Shown: positions 1 to 8,561, counted from the first letter of the stretch. The stretch is DNA of 62,819 nucleotides from a virus (IMGVR_UViG_3300025162_000007:1-62819); one strand, 5' to 3'. Notes: generated by a model not told the origin, from the letters alone. Numbers and translations: made by a program.

Positions 1-127
1 TGCAAACTAGCTAATGCTGATAGTAAACTATCAAGACTTGAGTACAAGTGTAATCTTTACAATTTACTGTTGTAAGTTTTACAAAACTGACGTGTATGCA
101 AGAAGCATGCCAAGTGCAACAGAAAAA
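1..127. repeat. 127-bp terminal direct repeat (copy 1); circular-assembly overlap
   Basis: Bases 1-127 (tgcaaactag...acagaaaaa) are identical to 62693-62819; 127 is a common assembler k-mer size. Confidence 0.95.
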
Positions 128-157
128 TTATTTTTACGTCGCTGTGAAAAATAAAGC

Positions 158-186
158 TTGACAATTTTTTTGCGTTGTGGTAAGCT
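158..186 (+). promoter_or_regulatory. sigma70-type early promoter
   Basis: TTGACA(158-163)-17 nt-TAAGCT(181-186) with extended -10 TG, upstream of the first + strand ORF. Confidence 0.75.
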
Positions 187-258
187 TGTCCACGTAGCCA
201 AAAAGACTTTCCAGTCTTGACTATCAGGTTACAAAAAAACTAAACAAGAGGTGTTACT

Positions 259-489
259 ATGCAGTTACAGTTAACTAGTAAGTATGATGTTGGTACTAAG
301 CTACAAGTTAAGTACAATGCTACTATCTTTGATGCTGAAGTTGAAGGAGTTAAGTTTGAGCATATTACTAAAGCTAGAGAAGCTGACTGTAGTAGCTATA
401 TATTCTATAGGCTTAAGCTATATGGTATCAAGAAGCCTTATAGTATAATGCTAGATGAACCTAGTCTAGTAAGTAGTATGGTAAACTAA
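259..489 (+). CDS. hypothetical protein (SH3/KOW-like N-terminus; resembles 4153..4443)
   Basis: ORF with GAGG SD; N-terminal LTSKYDVGTK resembles INSKFNLGTK. Confidence 0.7.
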   Translation: MQLQLTSKYDVGTKLQVKYNATIFDAEVEGVKFEHITKAREADCSSYIFYRLKLYGIKKPYSIMLDEPSLVSSMVN

Positions 490-490
490 T

Positions 491-718
491 ATGAAACCTT
501 CGACAGTCAACTATCAACTTAATATAGATATGGCTGGTATAACTAATAAATCAACTTTAGAAATATTACTTGTACACGCTATAAGACTATGTGCTGATAT
601 GATGATTAGTTATCAAGGGATAATAGTTGATAGTAAGAGTGGTGTAATTAGCAAGACAGTTAAAAATGGAAAAGTAAAAAATGAAGTTACATATAAATAT
701 AATTACAGAGTAAACTAG
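491..718 (+). CDS. hypothetical protein
   Basis: 75-aa ORF tightly packed in the early operon. Confidence 0.65.
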   Translation: MKPSTVNYQLNIDMAGITNKSTLEILLVHAIRLCADMMISYQGIIVDSKSGVISKTVKNGKVKNEVTYKYNYRVN

Positions 719-758
719 TATCCTGATGCTAGTTACTATACTGTGGAGGTAAAACAGT

Positions 759-986
759 ATGTCACACGCTAACTTGTTAAGTATGGAGAAAGGTAAAGTA
801 AAGCAGAAAGAAAGGTACAAACGTGTAGTAGAGCGAGCAATGAAACAGTTTAGTCATACTGAGATGAATGACTTTGTTGAGAGGGGCGGTTGCTTTAAAG
901 TTAAAAGATACTTTCACTTACTTGGGTTTAAGAATATAGAAAGTGTAAGAAATAACTTTCTTACTGGAAAGAAAGTAGTTAACTAG
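759..986 (+). CDS. hypothetical basic protein
   Basis: GGAGG SD; 75-aa ORF. Confidence 0.75.
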   Translation: MSHANLLSMEKGKVKQKERYKRVVERAMKQFSHTEMNDFVERGGCFKVKRYFHLLGFKNIESVRNNFLTGKKVVN

Positions 987-988
987 TT

Positions 989-1333
989 ATGTCTACACCA
1001 ATTAGAATTAGATGTAAAGGTATTAAACAAATTAGAAAGATACTTACTAAGCTAACTGAACTTGGTTATAGTACTGATTGGTTTATACAAAACCTTGACT
1101 ATGTAAGTACTTGTACTTCCTTAAGTCTTGATGATGATAATGAAGTAATAGGTGAGGTATGTTGGTGTAATACTAAAGTATGTACTCCAAGATGTAGTGC
1201 TTGGGAAAGCTGTAAAAAGTTTTTATGGCTAGAGTTTGATGAGCTACATAAAATACCTAAAGTTGGTGAAGAGATGGAGTTAACTATATTAGATGAGGTG
1301 AAGTATGATACCACTAAAACTAACTCACTTTAA
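989..1333 (+). CDS. Cys-rich tandem paralog 1 with C-terminal ELTILDEVK motif
   Basis: KLTELGY N-terminal segment, CWC..C..C..C core, shared C-terminal motif. Confidence 0.8.
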   Translation: MSTPIRIRCKGIKQIRKILTKLTELGYSTDWFIQNLDYVSTCTSLSLDDDNEVIGEVCWCNTKVCTPRCSAWESCKKFLWLEFDELHKIPKVGEEMELTILDEVKYDTTKTNSL

Positions 1334-1625
1334 GGTTGATATTACAGAACTTACTCCTGATGAACTTAATAATCTTATACTAAAGATAGAAAAAAATGGT
1401 ATACCTATTAAACCTTACTTCTCTAATACTGTACTACAACGAAATAGTAAACTAATCTGCTGGCATCATACTAAGCAAGCACGTCTTTGTTCTTGTGGTA
1501 CTTTATGTAATGGCTGTTATTCTAAAAAGACATGTTATGCTTATTCAATTCCTTTCCTTACTGTAGAGGACATACTAAAGTATGAGTTAACTTTACTTGA
1601 TGAAATAAGAGGAGAGTTAACATGA
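1305..1625 (+). CDS. Cys-rich tandem paralog 2 with C-terminal ELTLLDEIR motif
   Basis: KIEKNGI segment, CSCGTLCNGC...C core; overlaps neighbouring genes. Confidence 0.8.
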   Translation: MIPLKLTHFKVDITELTPDELNNLILKIEKNGIPIKPYFSNTVLQRNSKLICWHHTKQARLCSCGTLCNGCYSKKTCYAYSIPFLTVEDILKYELTLLDEIRGELT

Positions 1626-1945
1626 AGCATAATACTTTTATTATAAGACTTACTTATTCTGAAGCTAGAGTTACAGTTGAAAAACTAAAAGAACTGGGGT
1701 ATAATGTTGGTAGTTGGTCTAAAGATACTATAGGTTTTATGCAATATGAAACTCCACCATTTACTATTACTGTAAATAGTAATAGATTAGGATGGTGTTC
1801 TAATAGATGTCAAGATAATTGCTTTCACTGTTACGATTATGATAATTGTAAAGTATTCACTTTTAAGGACGTACTTCTAGGTAACCTGCCTAATTTACTT
1901 GATAGTTTTACTATACTAGATGAAGTTAAGGCAGATATGATATGA
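1622..1945 (+). CDS. Cys-rich tandem paralog 3 with C-terminal SFTILDEVK motif
   Basis: KLKELGY segment, WCSNRCQDNCFHC...C core; ATGA overlaps. Confidence 0.8.
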   Translation: MKHNTFIIRLTYSEARVTVEKLKELGYNVGSWSKDTIGFMQYETPPFTITVNSNRLGWCSNRCQDNCFHCYDYDNCKVFTFKDVLLGNLPNLLDSFTILDEVKADMI

Positions 1946-2268
1946 ATATCCAACCACCATATAGTATACTACTAAGTGATGAAGAGGAGAAACTAAAAGT
2001 ATATGCAATACTTAACTCTATGGGAATACACTTTAGTTATCCTGCTAGTCTACAAGATAAGTGTAAACAATTTCATGTCCACCCTGATAATGCTTTAACT
2101 TATTGTACTTATACACATAACCGTGATGACTGTATGAGTATAAGTACGGGTTGTATTGCTGTTTGGTATAAACGAATACTTGCTAAAGTATTCATTGGTG
2201 AAAAAGTACTTAGTATATTAGATGAAATAAAAATGGAGGACAACTATCATGAAAGAAGTTGTAGGTAA
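1942..2268 (+). CDS. Cys-rich tandem paralog 4 with C-terminal VLSILDEIK motif
   Basis: ILNSMGI segment, several Cys/His residues; ATGA overlap. Confidence 0.8.
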   Translation: MNIQPPYSILLSDEEEKLKVYAILNSMGIHFSYPASLQDKCKQFHVHPDNALTYCTYTHNRDDCMSISTGCIAVWYKRILAKVFIGEKVLSILDEIKMEDNYHERSCR

Positions 2269-2503
2269 AGAGTTAATGTCTTTAGAAGAAGTTAATGAAA
2301 GCATACTTACTGAGTTAGACTATCTTGATGTAGCTGAAGAAGCTATTGAAGTACCTGACATTGAGGTACTATCACCTAGAGTACAGGTGATAAAGGACTT
2401 CACACTTAAAAGTGTTGATGAAAAAAAAGCAGTAGTAAGTACTGAGCAGTACAAGAAGTGGACTAAGTTAATAGGTAGTCACAATAAACCTACGTTACTT
2501 TAA
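2249..2503 (+). CDS. hypothetical acidic protein
   Basis: GGAGG SD; 84-aa ORF. Confidence 0.7.
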   Translation: MKEVVGKELMSLEEVNESILTELDYLDVAEEAIEVPDIEVLSPRVQVIKDFTLKSVDEKKAVVSTEQYKKWTKLIGSHNKPTLL

Positions 2504-2543
2504 CTTGAACAAGTTACTAAAAAATAAAAGGAGGACTAAGGGA

Positions 2544-2957
2544 ATGGAAGTAAAAGATTTTTATGGGTTGAGAATTGGGCAGAAGTTAGTTGACAAAAAG
2601 AGTAAAGAGAAAGTTACTATCGTTGGGTTAGGAATGACTGAGGGAAAAGGTGATGCTAAGGGACTATACCTTGATGTACTACCTGATGAAAAGACTAAGT
2701 TAAGTATAGAGTTAGACTGGGAAGATGTATGTAATAAGTATGATAAGGATAAAGTGTTTAAGCGTTACTGGTTGTACGCTTTCAAATCAAAGAGTGCAGA
2801 TAGTTACTACCAAACAAGTAGTAGCTTTGTAGATGAGAATGGATTTAATACTAACGGAAGTAGAAGTTCTTTTAGTGAAGTTAATTGGCGAACAGGATAT
2901 GATTTAATTAAAATAGAGAACTGTTACATAGATGTAGAAGTACCAGAGAAAAAGTAA
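2544..2957 (+). CDS. hypothetical protein
   Basis: Start placed at ATG 2544, downstream of AGGAGG. Confidence 0.7.
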   Translation: MEVKDFYGLRIGQKLVDKKSKEKVTIVGLGMTEGKGDAKGLYLDVLPDEKTKLSIELDWEDVCNKYDKDKVFKRYWLYAFKSKSADSYYQTSSSFVDENGFNTNGSRSSFSEVNWRTGYDLIKIENCYIDVEVPEKK

Positions 2958-3265
2958 TGGCAAGACGTAACAAAGTTAACCTACTAAACCTAGTACACAA
3001 GTTTGAAACTGAGGGTTTAAGCCATAAAGAGTTGATGACTTTGTTTAGTAATTTGGTTAGACAAGATAAGCTTAAAGAAACTGATGACTACTATAGAGAA
3101 GTAGCCACTAACTTAGTAGGCAAGGGTTACTTAACAGCATCAGGTAGTGTAACTCTAAAGGGGATTAAGTTTTATATAGACAAAGATAATCATAACAAGT
3201 GGCAAGTAAAGCGTAACTTAGAAATGGAAAGTATACTACGTAAGGAAGTGCTATGTCAGTCTTAA
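2957..3265 (+). CDS. hypothetical protein (possible winged-helix)
   Basis: TAATG overlap; LVGKGYL...SVTLKG pattern resembles a wHTH wing. Confidence 0.65.
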   Translation: MARRNKVNLLNLVHKFETEGLSHKELMTLFSNLVRQDKLKETDDYYREVATNLVGKGYLTASGSVTLKGIKFYIDKDNHNKWQVKRNLEMESILRKEVLCQS

Positions 3266-3753
3266 ACTACTCACCTAAGTATAAGTTATATAAGGACAGG
3301 TATTCAATAACAGCCTGTACTTACTTTAATCCAGATACTATGATGGCTGAAGATAAGTTTGAACACTTTGTATTTGCTAAAAAGTTTAACGATATACTTG
3401 TAGTTAATGTTGGTGACTTTATTACTAACAGTTGGGTTTCTAAATCTCATTGTAAACGTAGAATTAATGCTTTACTAAGGCTACTACAAGAGAAGTACCC
3501 AAAAGAATATTATAATATGGTAATGATTAGTATGCCATATAACTTAGGTGGTATGAGCGACAATGAGTTAATAAGAACACTTACTAAAATGCGTAACTAC
3601 TGGGAGGGGCTTAGAAGACATGCTAGAAGTAGATGGGATTTCTATAACAATAGATTAACTGACTGTGAGGCAGCACTTAATAGGTTGGCTGTTCTTAAAG
3701 AGGAGGTGAGTATACTTGAAGAAATAAAATCAGAGCTTAGAGCAGTGTGGTAA
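3253..3753 (+). CDS. hypothetical protein with coiled coil and C-terminal EVSILEEIK motif
   Basis: 166-aa ORF; same C-terminal motif as the 989-2268 paralogs but an unrelated body. Confidence 0.75.
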   Translation: MSVLNYSPKYKLYKDRYSITACTYFNPDTMMAEDKFEHFVFAKKFNDILVVNVGDFITNSWVSKSHCKRRINALLRLLQEKYPKEYYNMVMISMPYNLGGMSDNELIRTLTKMRNYWEGLRRHARSRWDFYNNRLTDCEAALNRLAVLKEEVSILEEIKSELRAVW

Positions 3754-3786
3754 GTTACTAACTAATTATTAGGAGGTGGTTAAGTT

Positions 3787-4047
3787 TTGAGTAAACCTAG
3801 AACGTATGTGCTATTGTATGAAGATGAAACAGGTGAGATAAAGTATGCAGATAGAGTTGATGCTAAGTCTTTTGAAGATGCTGAGTTAGTATTTGCTGAC
3901 AAAGAAGAAGAGTTAGAAGACAGAACTCTACCTTACTTTGTATGTGAAGAAGTAAGAAGTATTACTAAAGATGCATATGTAGAAAGTGATGAAGATATGC
4001 TTAATGGTACTGAAGAAGTTGATGATGAAGAAGATATAATAGCATAG
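3787..4047 (+). CDS. highly acidic hypothetical protein
   Basis: AGGAGG SD, TTG start; very E/D-rich. Confidence 0.7.
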   Translation: MSKPRTYVLLYEDETGEIKYADRVDAKSFEDAELVFADKEEELEDRTLPYFVCEEVRSITKDAYVESDEDMLNGTEEVDDEEDIIA

Positions 4048-4152
4048 TAAAAGAGGGTGCTTGTTAGATGAACTGAACTCATAAGGGTTACGGTATCCGA
4101 CCCCAACAGTTAAGTGGATAGCCTACTAAATAAACAAAGGGAGAAAAATGTA

Positions 4153-4443
4153 ATGGAAATTAAAATCAATTCGAAGTTTAACTTGGGAACTAAAGTGTTT
4201 GTTAATGTTAATGATGTAGACAGAGAAGTAGAGTGTGAAACTTGTGGTGGCACTCATACTGTGTCAGGCAGAGATACATTAGAAGGAACTATTGCAACAA
4301 TAGACTTCAGCTTCTTACAGGCAGTAGATGGAAAGCCTTATCAAAGAGTTATCTACTTAGTTAAAACTAAGAAAGGTACACTTGCTAGAAAAGGCGAGAA
4401 CGTTTGGACTAAGAAGTCTGACGCAGTAAATGCACGTAACTAA
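4153..4443 (+). CDS. hypothetical protein with CETCGG (DnaJ-type CxxCxG) motif
   Basis: Start placed at ATG 4153 after GGGAG; SKFNLGTKV N-terminus. Confidence 0.7.
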   Translation: MEIKINSKFNLGTKVFVNVNDVDREVECETCGGTHTVSGRDTLEGTIATIDFSFLQAVDGKPYQRVIYLVKTKKGTLARKGENVWTKKSDAVNARN

Positions 4444-4476
4444 AGTAAGCAACTAAGTACTACATAATTTTCATAA

Positions 4477-4551
4477 AGGTACTGGGGTAGCAAGGTTTAT
4501 TACCTCTTTTCTTTGCTACTCCATACCTCCTATCTAATAATAAACTGGAGG
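4477..4551 (+). promoter_or_regulatory. intergenic stem-loop with anti-SD-like loop upstream of the amidoligase gene
   Basis: AGGTA-c-TGGGGTAGCAAGG / CTTTGCTACTCCA-TACCT stem (with GU pairs); loop TTTATTACCTCTTTT; adjacent CCTCC can pair with GGAGG at 4547-4551. Confidence 0.6.
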
Positions 4552-4566
4552 ATAATCTAAACTAAT

Positions 4567-6360
4567 ATGTACGGATTAACTTTTCTTGCTGCTAAAATAC
4601 TTGGTAAGTTAGATGCTAACCCAAATATAGAAGCAGATAAGTTAAACAAGATATTGCCTGAACTAGAAGTAAGTACTTGTAAAGAAATACTAGTGGCTTA
4701 TACTAGTACAGATAATAAGAAGAAGCAAGCAGAGCAATTAGAAAACATCTTGTATACTATCTTACCTAGATTAACAGAGCATTTATATTATGCTATGTCT
4801 ACCCAAATAAACTGTAGAAATAAAATAAATAAACAACTTGTTAAATCTTGGTGCTTAGATATAGAAGTATCAACTAAACTAGCAATAGAGTTTGATAAGT
4901 ATTTAACTAACACTAATTGTAGTGATAAAGATAAAGAAACACTACTAAGGTTATTTAGTGGGATACTACAAATTGCACTTAACAAAACGTATACGTGTAG
5001 TGAATGTAGTAGTAAAGTATCAGGTAAACCTTTCTTTGTATTTGATAAAGATACAACAGTATGTATGTGTTCAGAGTGTGCTTCTAAAAAGATAAAGTAT
5101 ACTTGTATACACTGTAACAATTCCTTTACATCTAACAATTCTAATCAGACTAAAGATGGTTTAGTTTGTCCTGACTGTATAAAAATATACTATAAAAAGT
5201 GTGAGTACTGTGGTGTATATGAAAAAAATGGATTAGTTAAATCACGAAAAGTTAATGTTGACTTAGGTAATGATGCAGTTAATAAGTTAATATGTGATAC
5301 CTGTGTTAAACTAAAGTTTACTAGTTGCTATAGTTGTGGCTGTCTAATAGAGAACGGCAGAGAAGTTACAACAGATGGTGGAAGACTTTGCCCTAGATGT
5401 GATGTAAGAAAACGCTTATATGGGAGTAGGACTGGGCTTACTACTAAAGTAGTAAAGCTTGGTAACACTTATACTGAGTGTAAAAGTAAACGTATCTTTG
5501 GTGTTGAGATAGAAACTAATATCTTAACAAGAGATAACAACACTGACTGGAGTAAAGTTAATGATGCTAGCATTGCAGCTAGAGAGTTTGTTAGTCCAAA
5601 ACTTAATGGTGATTTAGGTTTTGCTGATATAAAAAAGTTTCTAAGTGAGATAGATGCAACAGTAGATAAAGTTATAGTAAGAGAGATGGATAAAGTATGT
5701 GGACTTCATGTTCATGTTGATGGTAGTGACTTAACTATTGAAGATATAATAAAGTTATATCGAGCAGCTTGTCCACTACAGAATTTATTCTTTTGTCTTG
5801 TTAAGCCTGAACGTAGTAGTTGTAGACACTGTGTATTATTAAGTGATAGGTATGCTAAACTTAAAGATATACATGGCGTAGAGATGATACTATATGGACA
5901 CGGTGGTGAAGATGCAGCTAGAAGAAAGAAAGAAAAGTATAGTGGTGAACGTTATAACTGGCTTAATGTACACAGTTGGTTTTATCGTGGTAGTATAGAA
6001 ATGAGGCAGCATCATGGTACTCTTGACTATGATGAAATAGTTAATTGGATAAGTCTAATGACTTGCTTTGTTGACTGGGTAAAGACTACTTCTATAGAAG
6101 CAATAGATGAAGCTACTCTAAGTATTACTTCAGCTAACTCATTAAAGAATAGGTTAAGTAAGTTCCTAGAATTAGTAGCAAAGTTTAGTAACAAAGACGT
6201 AGCTAACTTTTATGCTGCACAGATTAAAAAGTTTTATGATATAGTTGTACCAAGTTATAATGTACAGCATATAAAAGTAGAAGTAGAAAAGGAACCAGTA
6301 GAGATAGAAGATATAGATGAAGAAGATGATGGGTATGATAATGATGATGATAATAATTAA
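4567..6360 (+). CDS. multi-zinc-finger protein fused to putative amidoligase (COOH-NH2 ligase, Amidoligase_2-like)
   Basis: Eight CxxC motifs, then FGVEIE, DASI..EFVSPKL, CGLHVHVD, RYNWLN, IEMRQHHGTLD; acidic tail. Confidence 0.88.
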   Translation: MYGLTFLAAKILGKLDANPNIEADKLNKILPELEVSTCKEILVAYTSTDNKKKQAEQLENILYTILPRLTEHLYYAMSTQINCRNKINKQLVKSWCLDIEVSTKLAIEFDKYLTNTNCSDKDKETLLRLFSGILQIALNKTYTCSECSSKVSGKPFFVFDKDTTVCMCSECASKKIKYTCIHCNNSFTSNNSNQTKDGLVCPDCIKIYYKKCEYCGVYEKNGLVKSRKVNVDLGNDAVNKLICDTCVKLKFTSCYSCGCLIENGREVTTDGGRLCPRCDVRKRLYGSRTGLTTKVVKLGNTYTECKSKRIFGVEIETNILTRDNNTDWSKVNDASIAAREFVSPKLNGDLGFADIKKFLSEIDATVDKVIVREMDKVCGLHVHVDGSDLTIEDIIKLYRAACPLQNLFFCLVKPERSSCRHCVLLSDRYAKLKDIHGVEMILYGHGGEDAARRKKEKYSGERYNWLNVHSWFYRGSIEMRQHHGTLDYDEIVNWISLMTCFVDWVKTTSIEAIDEATLSITSANSLKNRLSKFLELVAKFSNKDVANFYAAQIKKFYDIVVPSYNVQHIKVEVEKEPVEIEDIDEEDDGYDNDDDNN

Positions 6361-6422
6361 ACTAAAGCTTTCACTAAGTACAGTAAAAGAATTAGAAATA
6401 CTAAAGGAGGTATTATAGAATA

Positions 6423-7631
6423 ATGTGTGGGATATTTGGAGCAGTAGGTAAGTATAGTCCTAATGATATAAGGTTACTTGCACTACTGAACATGAGTAGA
6501 GGAACAGATGCCACTGGATTTTACAATGGTAAGAAGTTACTTAAGGAAGCAGTAGATGCTAAAGACTTCTTACGTGACCACAGAGATTACTTTCTAGATA
6601 AGACACAGTATATTATGGGGCATACTAGACTTGGTACTCATGGTAGTAAACTTAAAGATGAAAATGCCCACCCGTTTATTGTAGGTACTATAACTGGAAC
6701 TCATAATGGTATGATTAATAATACCAAAGAGTTAAAAGAAAAGCATGGTGTAGACTATAAAGTAGATAGCCAATATATATTCTACTTACTTAACACTGGG
6801 ATTGATAAGTTAAATGAATTGTGGGGATACTATTGTCTTGCATATGTTGATAGTAAAAAACCTAAAGAGTTTAACTTACTTAAACACGATGGGCAATTAA
6901 GTATAGTTGAGTCTAATGGTGTACTATACTACTCCTCTAATGGTGATGATTTGTTTACGGTATTTGGAAAGCAAGCTAAAGTAAAAGACGTACCTACTGA
7001 TACTAAGTTGACTATAGATATAGATACACTAAAGATATACTCTACTAAGTTAATAGGACTTAACGGTAGATTTAAAGCTGGTACTACTTGTTGTGGTGAA
7101 ACTTATACTACTACTAAGACAGGAACTGGTAGGCATGGTGATAGCATTTATAACTTTAGAGATGATGAAGAGGATAGAGGAGGATACTGTGAAAGTGATT
7201 ATGACTATGAGAAAAGTCCTTATGGTTATTATTTTCATGGAGTGTTTCACCCTTATGCTAACACAGTATGGGATACTAATACTAAACGCTATACTAACTC
7301 AGTAATAGATAAAGAATTAAAAGCTATAGAAGCTGAAGCTAGTGTTGCTGAAAAGAAAGAAGAAGCTAAAGAAGCAGAGAAAGAAATAAAAAGAAACTTA
7401 AGTAGTGACTGTACAATTTGTGGTAGTCCTAGATTTATACAGGACTTAACTTTTATAGCGTGTGATGAAGGCTGGGGCAAGGCTGAGATGTGTGGTGAGT
7501 GCTGGGCTAAGTACATACGTGCAGGGTATAGTATAAGTGGTATGCTATTTAGTAGAGATAATGAAGTACCTATCGTAAAGAAAGTACCGCTTAAAATAGT
7601 AGGTGGTAAGTCTATTTGGGACGGTAAGTAG
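6423..7631 (+). CDS. class II (Ntn) glutamine amidotransferase with C-terminal extension/Zn ribbon
   Basis: N-terminal MCGIFG, RGTDATG, GHTRLGTHG, NAHPF, HNGMI, VDS; C-terminal CTIC...CGEC. Confidence 0.92.
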   Translation: MCGIFGAVGKYSPNDIRLLALLNMSRGTDATGFYNGKKLLKEAVDAKDFLRDHRDYFLDKTQYIMGHTRLGTHGSKLKDENAHPFIVGTITGTHNGMINNTKELKEKHGVDYKVDSQYIFYLLNTGIDKLNELWGYYCLAYVDSKKPKEFNLLKHDGQLSIVESNGVLYYSSNGDDLFTVFGKQAKVKDVPTDTKLTIDIDTLKIYSTKLIGLNGRFKAGTTCCGETYTTTKTGTGRHGDSIYNFRDDEEDRGGYCESDYDYEKSPYGYYFHGVFHPYANTVWDTNTKRYTNSVIDKELKAIEAEASVAEKKEEAKEAEKEIKRNLSSDCTICGSPRFIQDLTFIACDEGWGKAEMCGECWAKYIRAGYSISGMLFSRDNEVPIVKKVPLKIVGGKSIWDGK

Positions 7632-7632
7632 T

Positions 7633-7827
7633 ATGAGTAAAGATAAGCCAACTAATATCTTTGAATGCGAACACTATACTATTCCTTTACCAACTGCATT
7701 ACTTGTAGATGAAAAAGATAAATGGGAAGTATGCCTACAATATAGTCAAGTACAAGGACAACCAAGCTATGTTACAGGAGTATACATAAGTAAGCCTAGT
7801 GAGGAACAGTTCTATGGAGGTGCATAA
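7633..7827 (+). CDS. hypothetical protein
   Basis: ATG immediately after the GATase stop codon. Confidence 0.55.
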   Translation: MSKDKPTNIFECEHYTIPLPTALLVDEKDKWEVCLQYSQVQGQPSYVTGVYISKPSEEQFYGGA

Positions 7828-8118
7828 TTGACAGTTAACTATAGTGAAGGACTGAAGAACCTAGTTAAGTACAGAACAATAGAGAACGCTGACATGATAG
7901 GTAGTGTAACTGATGATGAGTTTTGCAATGAAGTAGCTTCTAGATGTATTGAAGAAGTTAAGATGTTTGATAAAGACTTCTATACTTTCTGTATAGATAT
8001 AGCTAGAAGCATGAGCAAAGACTTAAAGGAAGCCTATGAGTTTAATGATGTTAAGAGTGCTGAGAAGTTTCTTAATGATAAGTATGGTAAGAAGATTAAA
8101 GTAGTAAAGGAGAATTAA
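7828..8118 (+). CDS. hypothetical protein
   Basis: GGAGG SD, TTG start. Confidence 0.7.
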   Translation: MTVNYSEGLKNLVKYRTIENADMIGSVTDDEFCNEVASRCIEEVKMFDKDFYTFCIDIARSMSKDLKEAYEFNDVKSAEKFLNDKYGKKIKVVKEN

Positions 8119-8120
8119 TT

Positions 8121-8291
8121 GTGATAACTAAAAATAAATCTAATCTAACTAAAAAAAGATTACTTGCTATTAATATACTTGAAACTATAGCTAGTATGTT
8201 AGGTGACGAAACTATCTTTGACTGTAAAGATGATGATGATAAGTGGTACAAGTTTGAAGATGCCGTTACTAAACTAATAGAGGAGGATTAA
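8121..8291 (+). CDS. small hypothetical protein (56 aa, not in ORF track)
   Basis: AAGGAG SD, GTG start, MITKNKSNLTKKRLLAINILETIASMLGDETIFDCKDDDDKWYKFEDAVTKLIEED; fills the intergenic gap exactly. Confidence 0.6.
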   Translation: MITKNKSNLTKKRLLAINILETIASMLGDETIFDCKDDDDKWYKFEDAVTKLIEED

Positions 8292-8294
8292 CTT

Positions 8295-8561
8295 ATGATG
8301 ATACATGGTGTTGTATGCCCCAACTGTAAAGACTTTATATATAGCAGAACAAGACACGACTTTAGGACTTGCACTTGTGGTGATACCTCTATTGATGGTG
8401 GACAGACTGACTATATAAAGCTAAGTGCTAAAAACATGAAGGATATACAACACTTAACTATGGAGATAAAGACTACACTTGGAAAACTTTATGATGACTG
8501 GAACTTAAAATTAGATAAACTAGGACTTATACCTACTAAGACTATCAAAAGGGGAACTTGA
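8295..8561 (+). CDS. conserved phage Zn-ribbon protein
   Basis: CPNCKDFIYSRTRHDFRTCTCGDTSIDGG matches a widespread phage family pattern. Confidence 0.8.
   Translation: MMIHGVVCPNCKDFIYSRTRHDFRTCTCGDTSIDGGQTDYIKLSAKNMKDIQHLTMEIKTTLGKLYDDWNLKLDKLGLIPTKTIKRGT

Noticed and set aside
1-127. Terminal repeat as a biological DTR
   Set aside because: An exact length of 127 matches a standard assembler k-mer overlap; it shows circularity, not physical ends
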